Origin: Chloroflexota bacterium
GTDB taxonomy: Bacteria; Chloroflexota; Dehalococcoidia; SM23-28-2; RBG-16-64-32
NCBI GenBank assembly: GCA_037441345.1
Contig: JBBISJ010000004.1
Location: 49,892-113,891, forward strand
Length of the DNA stretch: 64,000 nucleotides
Reading direction: 5' to 3'
This document shows, piece by piece, positions 18,727-27,202 of this stretch. Positions within the stretch are counted from its first letter, which is position 1. Each line of letters starts with the position of its first letter. The translations under genes and the position numbers were made by a program. A model generated the notes under the pieces. That model did not search any database, had not been told where the DNA came from, and saw only the letters and a program-made list of their open reading frames with translations.

Positions 18727-19577
18727 TGCACGCCGAAACGGTGGAAGTCCTCGGCGTGCGCTTCCACGCGCTGGACCGCCGGCAGGCTGCCGCGGCCATC
18801 GTCGCCCTGGCGCGCTCAGAAGGCCGCTACTACGTGGTAAAGCCTTACTCGGAGTTCATGCCCCCGGCGCACCGTGATCAGGCGCTCCGGGGCATCCTGA
18901 ACGGCGCTTCGCTCTGCCTGGCGGATGGCGCCGGCATCCTCTGGGCCGCGCACTACCTCTCGCTCCCGGGCGGGCGGTTGCGCGCCCTCCTGCAACTCCC
19001 CGGTTCGCTGCTTGGACTCCTCGCAAACAGCAAATCGCTCCGCCGCCCCCTGCCCCAGGCGATGCGCGGCGTCGACTTCACCTGGGACATGCTGGAAGCG
19101 CTGGCCGAAGCCGGCCTGTCTGTGTATCTCCTCGGCGGCACAACCGGGGAGGTGGAAGGCGCCGCCGCCCGCATCGCGGAGCGGCTCCCGGCCCCGCGCA
19201 TCGCCGGTACACACGACGGCTACTTCCGCACGGATGGCCCGGAAAACGACGCCGTCGTCGAGATGATCAACGCCGCCATGCCGGACGTTCTCCTCGTCGC
19301 GATGGGCTTCCCCCGCCAGGAGAAATGGATCGCTGCCAACCTGCCCAGCCTCAACGTCCGCGTCGCCGTCGCCGAGGGCGGCTCCCTCTCCTTCATCTCC
19401 GGCGCAACGCCTCGCGCCCCGCGCTGGATGCGCCGCGCCGGCCTCGAATGGCTCTTCCGCCTCCTCCGCCAGCCCTCCCGCCTCCGCCGCCAGCTCGCCC
19501 TCCCGGCCTTCGTCTGGCTGGTAGCACGCGAACGGCTGGGCAGGCTCACGCCCCGACCCTCGACCCCTGACCCCTAA
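18726..19577 (+). CDS. WecB/TagA/CpsF-family (GT26) N-acetylmannosaminyl-type transferase
   Basis: VLGVRFHAL start, LLGGTTGEVE, GFPRQEKW motifs typical of GT26. Confidence 0.85.
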   Translation: MHAETVEVLGVRFHALDRRQAAAAIVALARSEGRYYVVKPYSEFMPPAHRDQALRGILNGASLCLADGAGILWAAHYLSLPGGRLRALLQLPGSLLGLLANSKSLRRPLPQAMRGVDFTWDMLEALAEAGLSVYLLGGTTGEVEGAAARIAERLPAPRIAGTHDGYFRTDGPENDAVVEMINAAMPDVLLVAMGFPRQEKWIAANLPSLNVRVAVAEGGSLSFISGATPRAPRWMRRAGLEWLFRLLRQPSRLRRQLALPAFVWLVARERLGRLTPRPSTPDP

Positions 19578-19613
19578 CCCCGGCCCACACCCCAACCCGC
19601 TATCATTACCCCG

Positions 19614-20291
19614 ATGAGCAAGGCACTGGCGCGCATCCCCCTGGACCGCCGCGTCCTCGTCGTGCGCGAGGAACGCATCGACCTGCGGCCGGAGATGTCC
19701 GCCGTCGTGTTTCCGGCGGCCGGCCTCGTCATCAGCGTCGCGCTCTTCGCCGCCGTCGCGCTGTTCGCCTCCAGCCTCTCCGTGACCGTGCTGGCGCTGC
19801 TCCTCTTTCCCGCGCTCATCATCGCCCCGTTCTCCGCCATGGGCCTGCTCTACTCGGTCATCGGCGCTTCCGTCGTCATCGAGAAGAAGAAGCAGTCGGT
19901 GCGCTTTCAGCAGGGCGTCCTGGGCCTTGGCATCGGCACGGTCGAACTCGTGCCTTTCTGGAAGGTCGACCGCATCGTCGTCGAGGACTTCCAGCTTGGC
20001 GAGACTCCCGCCGGGCCGCCGCCCCCGCTCGACCTGCGCGCCTGGGACATCATCCTCGTAAAGGCCAGCGGCAAGCGGCTGCCCATCGCCCAGGTGATGT
20101 CCGGCAACACCACGGGCCTCATCGACGAGGCCTGGAACCGCGCCCTGGACGCCGCCGACGCCATCGCCGGGATGTGCGGAAGCACCGTCGAGATCACCGC
20201 CGCCATCGAGGAAGAAGCGGAGGCCCAGCCAGAGACGGGCGCCGCCCCGGCCGATGTGCCGGGCGAGCGGGCACAGGAAGCGGGCGCGTGA
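19614..20291 (+). CDS. hypothetical membrane protein (2 predicted TM helices)
   Basis: ORF with hydrophobic segments and no recognisable motifs. It extends the GT operon. Confidence 0.45.
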   Translation: MSKALARIPLDRRVLVVREERIDLRPEMSAVVFPAAGLVISVALFAAVALFASSLSVTVLALLLFPALIIAPFSAMGLLYSVIGASVVIEKKKQSVRFQQGVLGLGIGTVELVPFWKVDRIVVEDFQLGETPAGPPPPLDLRAWDIILVKASGKRLPIAQVMSGNTTGLIDEAWNRALDAADAIAGMCGSTVEITAAIEEEAEAQPETGAAPADVPGERAQEAGA

Positions 20292-20644
20292 CCGGCGAGA
20301 GGCATCCGCACCCGCGCCGCGGCGGCATCGCGCTCCTCGGCACTGCGCGCGACCCGGATGAGGCGCAGCGCTGGCAGGACCGGCTGAACGACGCCGGCAT
20401 CCACTCCATCGTCCGCGGCCACCGGCCTGAGGATTCGGGGGAAGCGCGGCCCACGTTCACCGGCGCCGACGTCTACGTCTCCGCCAGCTCCTTCTCCCGC
20501 GCCCGCGAAACCCTCGGCGCGGACCTGCCCCTGGAGCAGACGCCTGAGCCGGCGGGCGCTTTCCCGTGGCTCTGGCTTGCCATCGCGCCCGCCGTTGTCT
20601 TCGCCGTGGCATCGGCGGGGCTGCTGTTCATCCTGCTCCGCTAG
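20288..20644 (+). CDS. DUF2007-like small protein with C-terminal TM
   Basis: Resembles the DUF2007 putative signal-transducing fold (LLGTARDPDEAQRWQDRLNDAGIHSIV). GTG start overlaps the previous stop. Confidence 0.4.
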   Translation: MTGERHPHPRRGGIALLGTARDPDEAQRWQDRLNDAGIHSIVRGHRPEDSGEARPTFTGADVYVSASSFSRARETLGADLPLEQTPEPAGAFPWLWLAIAPAVVFAVASAGLLFILLR

Positions 20645-20762
20645 ATGTCGACAGTGTGGTAGCCAGTGTCCGTGCCGGAAGTGGTTGCAGACCGCTCAAC
20701 ACGGGGAGTGCAGAGGGGCGGGTCCCGGCGCCTGCCCTGAGCGAAGCCGAAGTGGCGGGGGC

Positions 20763-20788
20763 CTGGGGGTGTCCCCCAGTTCTATTTT
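20763..20788 (+). terminator. rho-independent terminator candidate (CTGGGGG-TGT-CCCCCAG followed by TTCTATTTT)
   Basis: Perfect 7-bp GC stem followed by a T-rich tract, lying between convergent genes. Confidence 0.5.
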
Positions 20789-20812
20789 CCCCAGGGGGAG
20801 GGGAGGGGGCGA

Positions 20813-21400
20813 TCACTCAGCGCTCAGCGCCGCCACCACGAACGCCCGGTCCTCCGGGCGCATCGGGAGCCCCAGCGCTTGTTCCCGCGCCGCGTCGCTC
20901 ATCTTCTTCCACGTCTTGCGCAGCACGTTCGCCATCGTCTCCTCCGCCAGGTCGGCGATGAGGTCGGTGAGCTGGGTCTCAAGGAAGACGAGGCACAGCG
21001 CGTCTTCCATCACCTGCACGTCGGGGTCCCGCCCCAGGCCGTGCTTGCGGATGATCTGCTGGACGCGTGCGACCGTGGCTTCGTCGTAGCCGCACTCCAC
21101 GAGGATCTCGCCGGTCACCCGGGCGTGGAACTCGTGCAGGTCCGTCCGCCAGCGCAGATAGCCTTTGCGGCCCTCGGGATATGAAGAACGGGGGCTTTCC
21201 CAGCGCCGGATGTGATGCGCCCGCGCCGCCAGCAGCAACGCCTCGTCCGCGTCCGGGCGCAGGCGCCGCACCCACTCCGTCATCATCTCCGAGTGCGCCA
21301 GCTCTTTCGGGCGCGGCTCCCCGTTCACCACGAGCGTCGTCGGATCCGCCGCGTTCGCTTCGTCGATGCGCTGAATCGCCTGCTCGAACCTTCCTGCCAT
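20813..21400 (-). CDS. DUF4202 family protein
   Basis: MAGRFEQAIQRIDEANAADP start matches the typical DUF4202 N-terminus; the internal Met is preferred to the longer ORF. Confidence 0.55.
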   Translation of the reverse strand: MAGRFEQAIQRIDEANAADPTTLVVNGEPRPKELAHSEMMTEWVRRLRPDADEALLLAARAHHIRRWESPRSSYPEGRKGYLRWRTDLHEFHARVTGEILVECGYDEATVARVQQIIRKHGLGRDPDVQVMEDALCLVFLETQLTDLIADLAEETMANVLRKTWKKMSDAAREQALGLPMRPEDRAFVVAALSAE

Positions 21401-21545
21401 ACCGTTGTCCCCCAATCCTTTACCCACGACCCTCAACCCTCGCCACTCACTATGCACCATCCACCGGCCACCAATCACTAACCACCCGTTGACAGGTGAG
21501 CGCCCTTGCGGGTACGTTCCTACCTGCGTGGAGGGAGGTTCTGCT

Positions 21546-22769
21546 ATGGTCGCAGACCCAATCAAGGACTGGACAAACGACTACGACATCTTCGACGACT
21601 CCTACATCAAAGACCCGTTCCCGGTCTGGGACGAGATCCGCAGCCGCTGCCCCGTAGGCCACTCCGGGCGCTGGGGCGGCTCCTGGATGCCGACGAAGTA
21701 CGCCGATCTCTTCGCCATCGCGCAGGACACCGAGCACTTCTCGTCGCGCGATATCCTGGTGGCGCCGGTCATACCTGCCGGCGGCGCAGACACGTCCGAC
21801 GAGTTCTACGGTGTGCGCGCTCCCCCCATCAGCTCCGACCCGCCCGAGCACACCTGGGCGCGGCGCCTCCTGTTGCCGCCGTTCTCCATGAAGTCCGTCG
21901 CGAGGTTCGAGGACCTGACGCGCGGGCACTGCCGTAGCCTGATCGACGGTTTCATCGCCGAGGGCCGCGCCGACGGCGCCGCCGACTACGCCCAGCAGAT
22001 ACCGCCCTACGTCATCGCCACCATGCTCGGCGTCTCGACCGACATGACGGCGACGTTCACGAACTGGGTGCGCGACCTGCTCGAGCTCGGCCTCACCCGG
22101 CCGGAGCTGCGCGGCCCGGCCCGCATCGCGCTCCTCACCTTCCTCACGAAGGAGATCCAGGAGCGCAAGAAGGCGCCGAAAGACGACCTCATCAGCTACC
22201 TCCTCGCGCAGGAAGTCGACGGCCAGCCCGTACCGGACCTCCACGTCCTCGGCACCTGCCTGCTCGTTGTCATCGCCGGCATCGATACCACCTGGAGCTC
22301 CATCGGCTCCGCGCTCTGGCACCTCGCTCAGCACCCGGAGCACCGGCGCCGCATCATCGATGACCCCGACATCATCCAGGTCGCCGTCGAAGAGCTGATC
22401 CGCGCCTACTCGCCCGTCACGATGGCCCGCTACGTCGCGTCCGATGTGAACTACAACGGCTGCCCGATGAAAGAGGGCGACCGCGTCCTGATGAACTTCC
22501 CGGCCGCCAACCGCGACCCCGAGAAGTTCCCGGACGCCGACAAGGTCGTGATCGACCGCGCCCACAACCCGCATATCGCCTTCGGCGTCGGCATCCACCG
22601 CTGCGCCGGCTCCAACCTCGCCCGCATGGAAATGCGCGTCGCCATCGAGGAATGGCTGAAGCGCATCCCGGACTTCGAGCTGGAGGATCCGGCCGCCGTG
22701 ACGTGGGCGGGCGGGCAGGTGCGCGGGCCGCGGTCGATGATGGTGCGCTGGGCGCGAGGAGGTAACTAG
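21546..22769 (+). CDS. cytochrome P450
   Basis: Heme-binding FGVGIHRCAGSNLA (FxxGxHxCxG), AGIDTT I-helix, EELIR K-helix. Confidence 0.9.
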   Translation: MVADPIKDWTNDYDIFDDSYIKDPFPVWDEIRSRCPVGHSGRWGGSWMPTKYADLFAIAQDTEHFSSRDILVAPVIPAGGADTSDEFYGVRAPPISSDPPEHTWARRLLLPPFSMKSVARFEDLTRGHCRSLIDGFIAEGRADGAADYAQQIPPYVIATMLGVSTDMTATFTNWVRDLLELGLTRPELRGPARIALLTFLTKEIQERKKAPKDDLISYLLAQEVDGQPVPDLHVLGTCLLVVIAGIDTTWSSIGSALWHLAQHPEHRRRIIDDPDIIQVAVEELIRAYSPVTMARYVASDVNYNGCPMKEGDRVLMNFPAANRDPEKFPDADKVVIDRAHNPHIAFGVGIHRCAGSNLARMEMRVAIEEWLKRIPDFELEDPAAVTWAGGQVRGPRSMMVRWARGGN

Positions 22770-22772
22770 AAC

Positions 22773-22970
22773 TTGAAGATCCACGTGGAAGAAGAGAAGT
22801 GCCAGGGGCACAACCGCTGCTTCGTCGTCGCCGCCGAGCTGTTCGAGCTTGACGACTACGGTTACGCGCACGAGACCCACGACGGCAACGTCCCGCCGGA
22901 ACTCCAGGAGAAGGCGCGCCTCGCCGTCGCCAACTGCCCCGAGAACGCCATCATCGTAGTCGAGGAGTAG
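22773..22970 (+). CDS. small single-cluster ferredoxin (P450 redox partner type)
   Basis: 65 aa with CQGHNRC...C pattern, immediately downstream of the P450. TTG start. Confidence 0.75.
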   Translation: MKIHVEEEKCQGHNRCFVVAAELFELDDYGYAHETHDGNVPPELQEKARLAVANCPENAIIVVEE

Positions 22971-22995
22971 GGCTCCCGCCGGGGTCACGTGATTC

Positions 22996-23020
22996 GTCAT
23001 TCCCGCGCAAGCGGGAATCC
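22996..23020. repeat. REP-like palindrome copy (GTCATTCCCGCGCAAGCGGGAATCC)
   Basis: Member of the dispersed palindromic family, also at 23461, 23679, 25626, 32567, 46864, 52277. Confidence 0.7.
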
Positions 23021-23042
23021 ATGCCGATGGTCTGCCACACCC

Positions 23043-23432
23043 GTGGCAGCCGGGGCCCCAGCCCCGGCGGCCGTGCTTCTCCTCGCCACCTTGCTCCTGC
23101 TCGCCGCCGCCTGCGGTGACCACGGCCCGCCCGGCAGCGTCCAGGCCAACTGCAACCGGTACGCCCTCGATCACGCGGCTGCCGACTCCCCGGACGGCCT
23201 GATCCCGGGCGTCGTCTCGGTCGGCTTCATCAAGGGCACCACCGGCCCTGAGGCCGCGGCCTTCCTCAAGGAGACCGGCACCTCCTACTGGCTGCCCACG
23301 CCCTGGCGCGAGTTCGCCGTCGTCTGCACCCGCAAGGGCCACGAGGAGGCCTGGGCCGACCGCCTGAAGGAACACGACATCGTCGAATGGGCCCACCGCG
23401 AGGGCACCCGCCCGCTGGCCGGAAGCGATTAG
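23043..23432 (+). CDS. hypothetical lipoprotein
   Basis: Signal peptide with lipobox LLAAAC; the start lies within or after the REP; no known domain. Confidence 0.35.
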   Translation: MAAGAPAPAAVLLLATLLLLAAACGDHGPPGSVQANCNRYALDHAAADSPDGLIPGVVSVGFIKGTTGPEAAAFLKETGTSYWLPTPWREFAVVCTRKGHEEAWADRLKEHDIVEWAHREGTRPLAGSD

Positions 23433-23540
23433 TGAAGAGTGAAGTGTGAAGAGTGATGGATTCCGGCCCTTCGCCGGAATGACGGTTACCGATCGCTCCC
23501 AGCCATCGAACTGCTCATCACTCACCACTCACCACTCTTC
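23432..23540. mobile_element. MITE-like composite element: heptamer-repeat inverted termini flanking a central REP palindrome
   Basis: Left end GTGAAGAGTGAAGTGTGAAGAGTGATGG. Right end CATCACTCACCACTCACCACTCTTC is its imperfect inverse. The centre carries ATTCCGGCCCTTCGCCGGAATGACGG. Confidence 0.45.
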
Positions 23541-23591
23541 GCCCTGTGATAACATCTACCTGCCAAACGCGATGGCTGCTCTCATGTCCCT

Positions 23592-25175
23592 GTGGTGATG
23601 CGTAACGCTCTGCGGCGGCTCTCCGCGCCCGGTTCACGGGACCTGTCCGCGCACACCAGCCCCCCGTCCCCCGCCGTGGATTCCCGCGTTCGCGGGAATG
23701 ACGAGAATGACGGCGGTGACGACCGCCTGCGCGAGAAGTGCGGCGTCTTCGGGGTGTACGCCCCCGGCACCGACGTGGCCCGCATCACCTTCTACGGCAT
23801 CTACGCCCTCCAGCACCGCGGCCAGGAGAGCGCCGGCATCGCCAGCGCCGACGGCGGCCGCATCCACGTCCGCACGGGCATGGGCCTCGTCTCCCAGGTC
23901 TTCGACGAGATGGACCTTGGCTACCTGCCCGGGCACATCGCCATCGGTCACACGCGCTACTCCACCACCGGCTCCAGCAGGCAGGAGAACGCCCAGCCGG
24001 TGTACGTCGAGGGCCCCAACGGCCCGATCGCCATCGCCCACAACGGCAACCTGATCAACGCCGAGGGGCTGCACGACGGCCTCGAGGACACCGGCGTGGA
24101 CTTCCACGGCTCCACCGACACCGAGGTGGCGGCGCAACTGCTGGCGACCGCGCCCGGCGACGACTGGGTGGAGCGATGCGCCAACACGATGCGCCTGATG
24201 GCCGGCGCCTACTGCTTCGTCGCCCTGACGCCGGACTCACTGATCGCCATGCGCGACCCCTTCGGCGTGCGGCCCCTCTGCATCGGCCGCCTCGCCGGCG
24301 AGGGCTGGGTCGTCGCGTCCGAGACGTGCGCACTGGACCACCTGGGCGCCGAGTTCGTGCGCGAGGTGGAGCCGGGCGAGGTCGTCGTCATCGACGGCGA
24401 TGGCCTGCACGCGACCCAGGCGGTCGAACGCCGCCGCGACGCGCTGTGCGTGTTCGAGTACATCTACTTCGCCCGCCCGGACAGCACGATCCGCGGCAAG
24501 CTCCTCCACCCGATGCGCATGAACATGGGCCGCGAGCTGGCCCGCCAGGCGCCGGTCGACGCGGACGTCGTGATCGGCGTGCCGGACTCGGCGACGGCGG
24601 CGGCGATCGGCTACGCTACCGAGTCGGGCATCCCGTACGTGGAGGGGCTCGTCAAGAACCGTTACGTCGGCCGTACGTTCATCAAGCCGGACCAGCGCCT
24701 TCGTGAGCAGGGCGTGCGCCTCAAGTTCAACCCCCTGAAGCAGGTGATCAACGGCAAGCGGCTCGTGGTGGTGGACGACTCGATCGTCCGCGGCACGACG
24801 ACGCCGAAGGTCGTCGAGATGCTCCGCAACGCCGGCGCGGCGGAAGTGCACATGCGCATCTGCGCGCCGCCGATCATGCACCCCTGCCATTTCGGCATCG
24901 ACATGGCCACCCAGTGGGAGCTGATCGCCTCCAGGCAGGAGGTGGAGCAGATCCGGCAGCACATCGGCGCCGACAGCCTCCACTACCTGACGCTCGAAGG
25001 CCTGATGCAGTCCGTCGAGCAGCCCGAGGGTAGCTTCTGCACCGCCTGCTTCAGCGGCGACTACCCGATGCCGGTGCAGCTCGAGTTCGACAAGCTCGTC
25101 TTTGAGCGCGCCGGCCGCGGCGGCAAGCGCGTCCCCGTCGGCGCCGCCTACGACTGGGAGGCGGACCACCGGTAG
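23592..25175 (+). CDS. purF: amidophosphoribosyltransferase (with N-terminal propeptide region)
   Basis: Ntn-Cys CGVFGV, glutamine amidotransferase domain, PRT domain (VVVDDSIVRGTT), and C-terminal Cys ligands (CHFGID, CTACF). The only in-frame ATG/GTG starts lie ~50 codons upstream of the catalytic Cys. Confidence 0.85.
   Translation: MVMRNALRRLSAPGSRDLSAHTSPPSPAVDSRVRGNDENDGGDDRLREKCGVFGVYAPGTDVARITFYGIYALQHRGQESAGIASADGGRIHVRTGMGLVSQVFDEMDLGYLPGHIAIGHTRYSTTGSSRQENAQPVYVEGPNGPIAIAHNGNLINAEGLHDGLEDTGVDFHGSTDTEVAAQLLATAPGDDWVERCANTMRLMAGAYCFVALTPDSLIAMRDPFGVRPLCIGRLAGEGWVVASETCALDHLGAEFVREVEPGEVVVIDGDGLHATQAVERRRDALCVFEYIYFARPDSTIRGKLLHPMRMNMGRELARQAPVDADVVIGVPDSATAAAIGYATESGIPYVEGLVKNRYVGRTFIKPDQRLREQGVRLKFNPLKQVINGKRLVVVDDSIVRGTTTPKVVEMLRNAGAAEVHMRICAPPIMHPCHFGIDMATQWELIASRQEVEQIRQHIGADSLHYLTLEGLMQSVEQPEGSFCTACFSGDYPMPVQLEFDKLVFERAGRGGKRVPVGAAYDWEADHR
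23679..23704. repeat. REP-like palindrome copy inside the purF 5' coding/propeptide region
   Basis: GGATTCCCGCGTTCGCGGGAATGACG in frame with purF, encoding ...DSRVRGNDEND.... Confidence 0.65.
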
Positions 25176-25212
25176 AAGAGTAGTGAGCGGCGAGTAATGA
25201 GTGGTGAAGTGG
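25175..25212. repeat. heptamer tandem repeat block (GAGTAGT/GAGTGGT variants)
   Basis: gaagagtagtgagcggcgagtaatgagtggtgaagtgg, immediately after the purF stop. Confidence 0.5.
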
Positions 25213-25230
25213 GGCTGGGACGCAACCTTA

Positions 25231-25647
25231 ATGCCTCTGCCACGCTGGCTCGCCAGGACTAACAAGCGAGTCTTCAACCCGATAGAGATCCGCCGGGGCG
25301 TCCGGCCGGTCATCATCCACGTGGGCCGGTCCTCCGGCAAGACCTACCGGACCCCGCTCGACGCACATCCCCTCGCCAACGGCTACCTGTTCATCCCCAT
25401 GTACGGCCCGCGCTCGGACTGGGTCAGGAACGTGCTCGCGGCGGGGGCGGCGCGCCTGCGGCTGAGCGGCGAGGAGATCGAGCTGGAGTCGCCGCGGCTG
25501 GTGAAGCAGCGTGACGCCTGGCCGCTGTTGCTCAGGCCAGGTAAACCCCACCGGGCATCTCGGGCGACTCCGAACTACTGCAGATGGACGTCCGGGAGCG
25601 GTGAGTGGCGAGTGGTGAGTGGTAGATTTCCGCGTCCGCGGGAATGA
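25231..25647 (+). CDS. deazaflavin (F420)-dependent nitroreductase-family protein (Ddn/PNPOx-like, DUF385)
   Basis: RPVIIHVGRSSGKTYRTPLDAHPL...YLFIPMYGPRSDWVRNVLAAG matches the Ddn-family core. The C-terminal tail and TGA stop are encoded by the heptamer-repeat plus REP element. Confidence 0.6.
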   Translation: MPLPRWLARTNKRVFNPIEIRRGVRPVIIHVGRSSGKTYRTPLDAHPLANGYLFIPMYGPRSDWVRNVLAAGAARLRLSGEEIELESPRLVKQRDAWPLLLRPGKPHRASRATPNYCRWTSGSGEWRVVSGRFPRPRE

Positions 25648-25650
25648 CGG
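25601..25650. repeat. heptamer block (GGTGAGTGGCGAGTGGTGAGTGG) fused to REP palindrome (ATTTCCGCGTCCGCGGGAATGACGG)
   Basis: Direct read. Overlaps the 3' end of the Ddn-like CDS and supplies its stop codon. Confidence 0.65.
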
Positions 25651-25730
25651 GACGAAACCCCTGTTCTAGCACCCCCGCCCGCAGTAACATATCCAACGTT
25701 CACTGGCCGATTGTTGAAGGAGGGTTCACA

Positions 25731-27146
25731 ATGGCCCAGGCCCTGGTTAACGTTGCCGGCGTCGGCATCCCGGATTCCGAAGTCCAGGCTTTTGCATCGG
25801 CCCTGCGAGGCGGTGTGCTCACCCCGGGAGACGCGGGCTACGACGAAGCGCGCCGCGTCTTCAACGGGATGATCGACCGCAGGCCCGGGCTAATCGCCCG
25901 GCCGGCGAACACGGCGGATGTGCAGAAGGCTGTCAGGTTCGCCCGCGCACAAGACCTGCTCGTCTCTGTGAACGGCGGCGGTCATTCCGTGCAGGGCTAT
26001 GGCATCTGCGACGGCGGCCTGATGATCGACCTGTCGATGATGAAGGCGATCACGGTCGATCCGCAGGCTCGCACGGCCGTCGCCGAGGGCGGCGTGAACT
26101 GGGGTGAGTTCGACGCTGCCACCCAGGAGCACGGCCTCGCTGTGACCGGCGGGCGCGTGCCGAGCACCGGAATCGCCGGGCTGACTCTCGGCAGCGGCTC
26201 CGGCTGGCTGGAGCGCAAGCTTGGCTACACGGTCGATAACATGATCGGCGCGGAGGTCGTGACCGCGGACGGGGAAGCGGTCAACGCGAGCAAGAACGAG
26301 AACGCCGACCTGTTCTGGGGGCTGCGCGGCGGCGGCGGCAACTTCGGCATCGTCACGAAGCTCACGTACCAGCTTCACCCCATCGGCCCGATCATCTACG
26401 GTGGCCAGTTCGCCTTCCCCCGCATCCCGGCCGTCGTGAAGGCCTATCGTGACTTCATCGAGCACGCCCCGGACGACGTCGGCGGCGCCGTAGCCCTGAT
26501 CACCGCGCCTCACGAGGAGTTCGTGCCTCCGCCGGTGCGCGGGATGCCGGTAATGGGTATCGTTGCCTGCTACACCGGCAAGCCGGAGGACGGCCCGGCC
26601 GCCTACAAGCCGATCCTTGACCTCAACCCCGTCCTCAATATGACGGAGCCTATGCCGTACACGGCCCTTCAGCAGATGCTCGTGCCCGCGAACCCGCACG
26701 GCATGCGCAACTACTGGAAGGCCGGTTTCTACCCCGAGCTGCCGGACGCGGCGGTGGACGCGCTGATGCGGGCGGCCGCACAGCCGCCGTCCCCGCTGAC
26801 CACGATCATCGTCCAGCCCCTCGGCGGCGCGGTACACCGCGTCCCCGACGATGCGACGGCGATGGGCTGGCGCGGCGCGAAGTGGGCGCTGCACATCCTG
26901 GGCATGTGGGAGGACGCGGCGGACGACGAGAAGAACATCGCCTGGGTGCGGGCGCTTGACGCGGCGATGAAGCCGTGGGCGCAGGAGGCGGCGTACCTGA
27001 ACTACCTGATGGACGAAGGTGAGCAGCGCGTCAAGGACAGCTTCGGCGGCCACTACGGCCGCATGGTGCTGCTCAAGAACAAGTACGACCCGACTAACTT
27101 CTTCCGAATGAACCAGAACATCAAGCCGACGACGAACGGGACGTAG
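25731..27146 (+). CDS. FAD-linked oxidase (FAD_binding_4 + BBE-like C-terminal domain)
   Basis: PCMH-type FAD-binding domain (RPANTADVQKAVRFA, GGGHS) and a C-terminal YxNY-type BBE motif region. Strong RBS GAAGGAGGG before ATG 25731. Confidence 0.8.
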   Translation: MAQALVNVAGVGIPDSEVQAFASALRGGVLTPGDAGYDEARRVFNGMIDRRPGLIARPANTADVQKAVRFARAQDLLVSVNGGGHSVQGYGICDGGLMIDLSMMKAITVDPQARTAVAEGGVNWGEFDAATQEHGLAVTGGRVPSTGIAGLTLGSGSGWLERKLGYTVDNMIGAEVVTADGEAVNASKNENADLFWGLRGGGGNFGIVTKLTYQLHPIGPIIYGGQFAFPRIPAVVKAYRDFIEHAPDDVGGAVALITAPHEEFVPPPVRGMPVMGIVACYTGKPEDGPAAYKPILDLNPVLNMTEPMPYTALQQMLVPANPHGMRNYWKAGFYPELPDAAVDALMRAAAQPPSPLTTIIVQPLGGAVHRVPDDATAMGWRGAKWALHILGMWEDAADDEKNIAWVRALDAAMKPWAQEAAYLNYLMDEGEQRVKDSFGGHYGRMVLLKNKYDPTNFFRMNQNIKPTTNGT

Positions 27147-27152
27147 GCGGCG

Positions 27153-27174
27153 TAGGGGCGCATCAAGACGCGCC
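27153..27174. terminator. bidirectional terminator candidate (GGGGCGC-N8-GCGCCCC)
   Basis: 7-bp GC stem between convergent genes; the T tract is weak. Confidence 0.35.
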
Positions 27175-27202
27175 CCTGCGGTGAATTGTTGGCCGGCTTC
27201 CT

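Noticed and set aside
20174-20287. Upstream extension of the DUF2007-like ORF
   Set aside because: The extension is Arg/Gly/His-rich, highly basic low-complexity sequence and overlaps the preceding gene. The GTG at the stop overlap fits operon coupling.
21450-23528. Long antisense ORFs (e.g. 21450-23528 minus 692 aa, 25890-28286 minus 798 aa, 30902-32371 plus 489 aa, 33562-35964 plus, 38498-39745 plus, 40821-42251 minus, 52512-53672 minus, 13017-14528 minus)
   Set aside because: These are typical high-GC shadow ORFs opposite well-supported genes (P450, FAD oxidase and sulfatase, dnaB, purL, purQ, glyA, thiolase, rmlA). Their translations are Arg/Ala/Gly-rich with no motifs.
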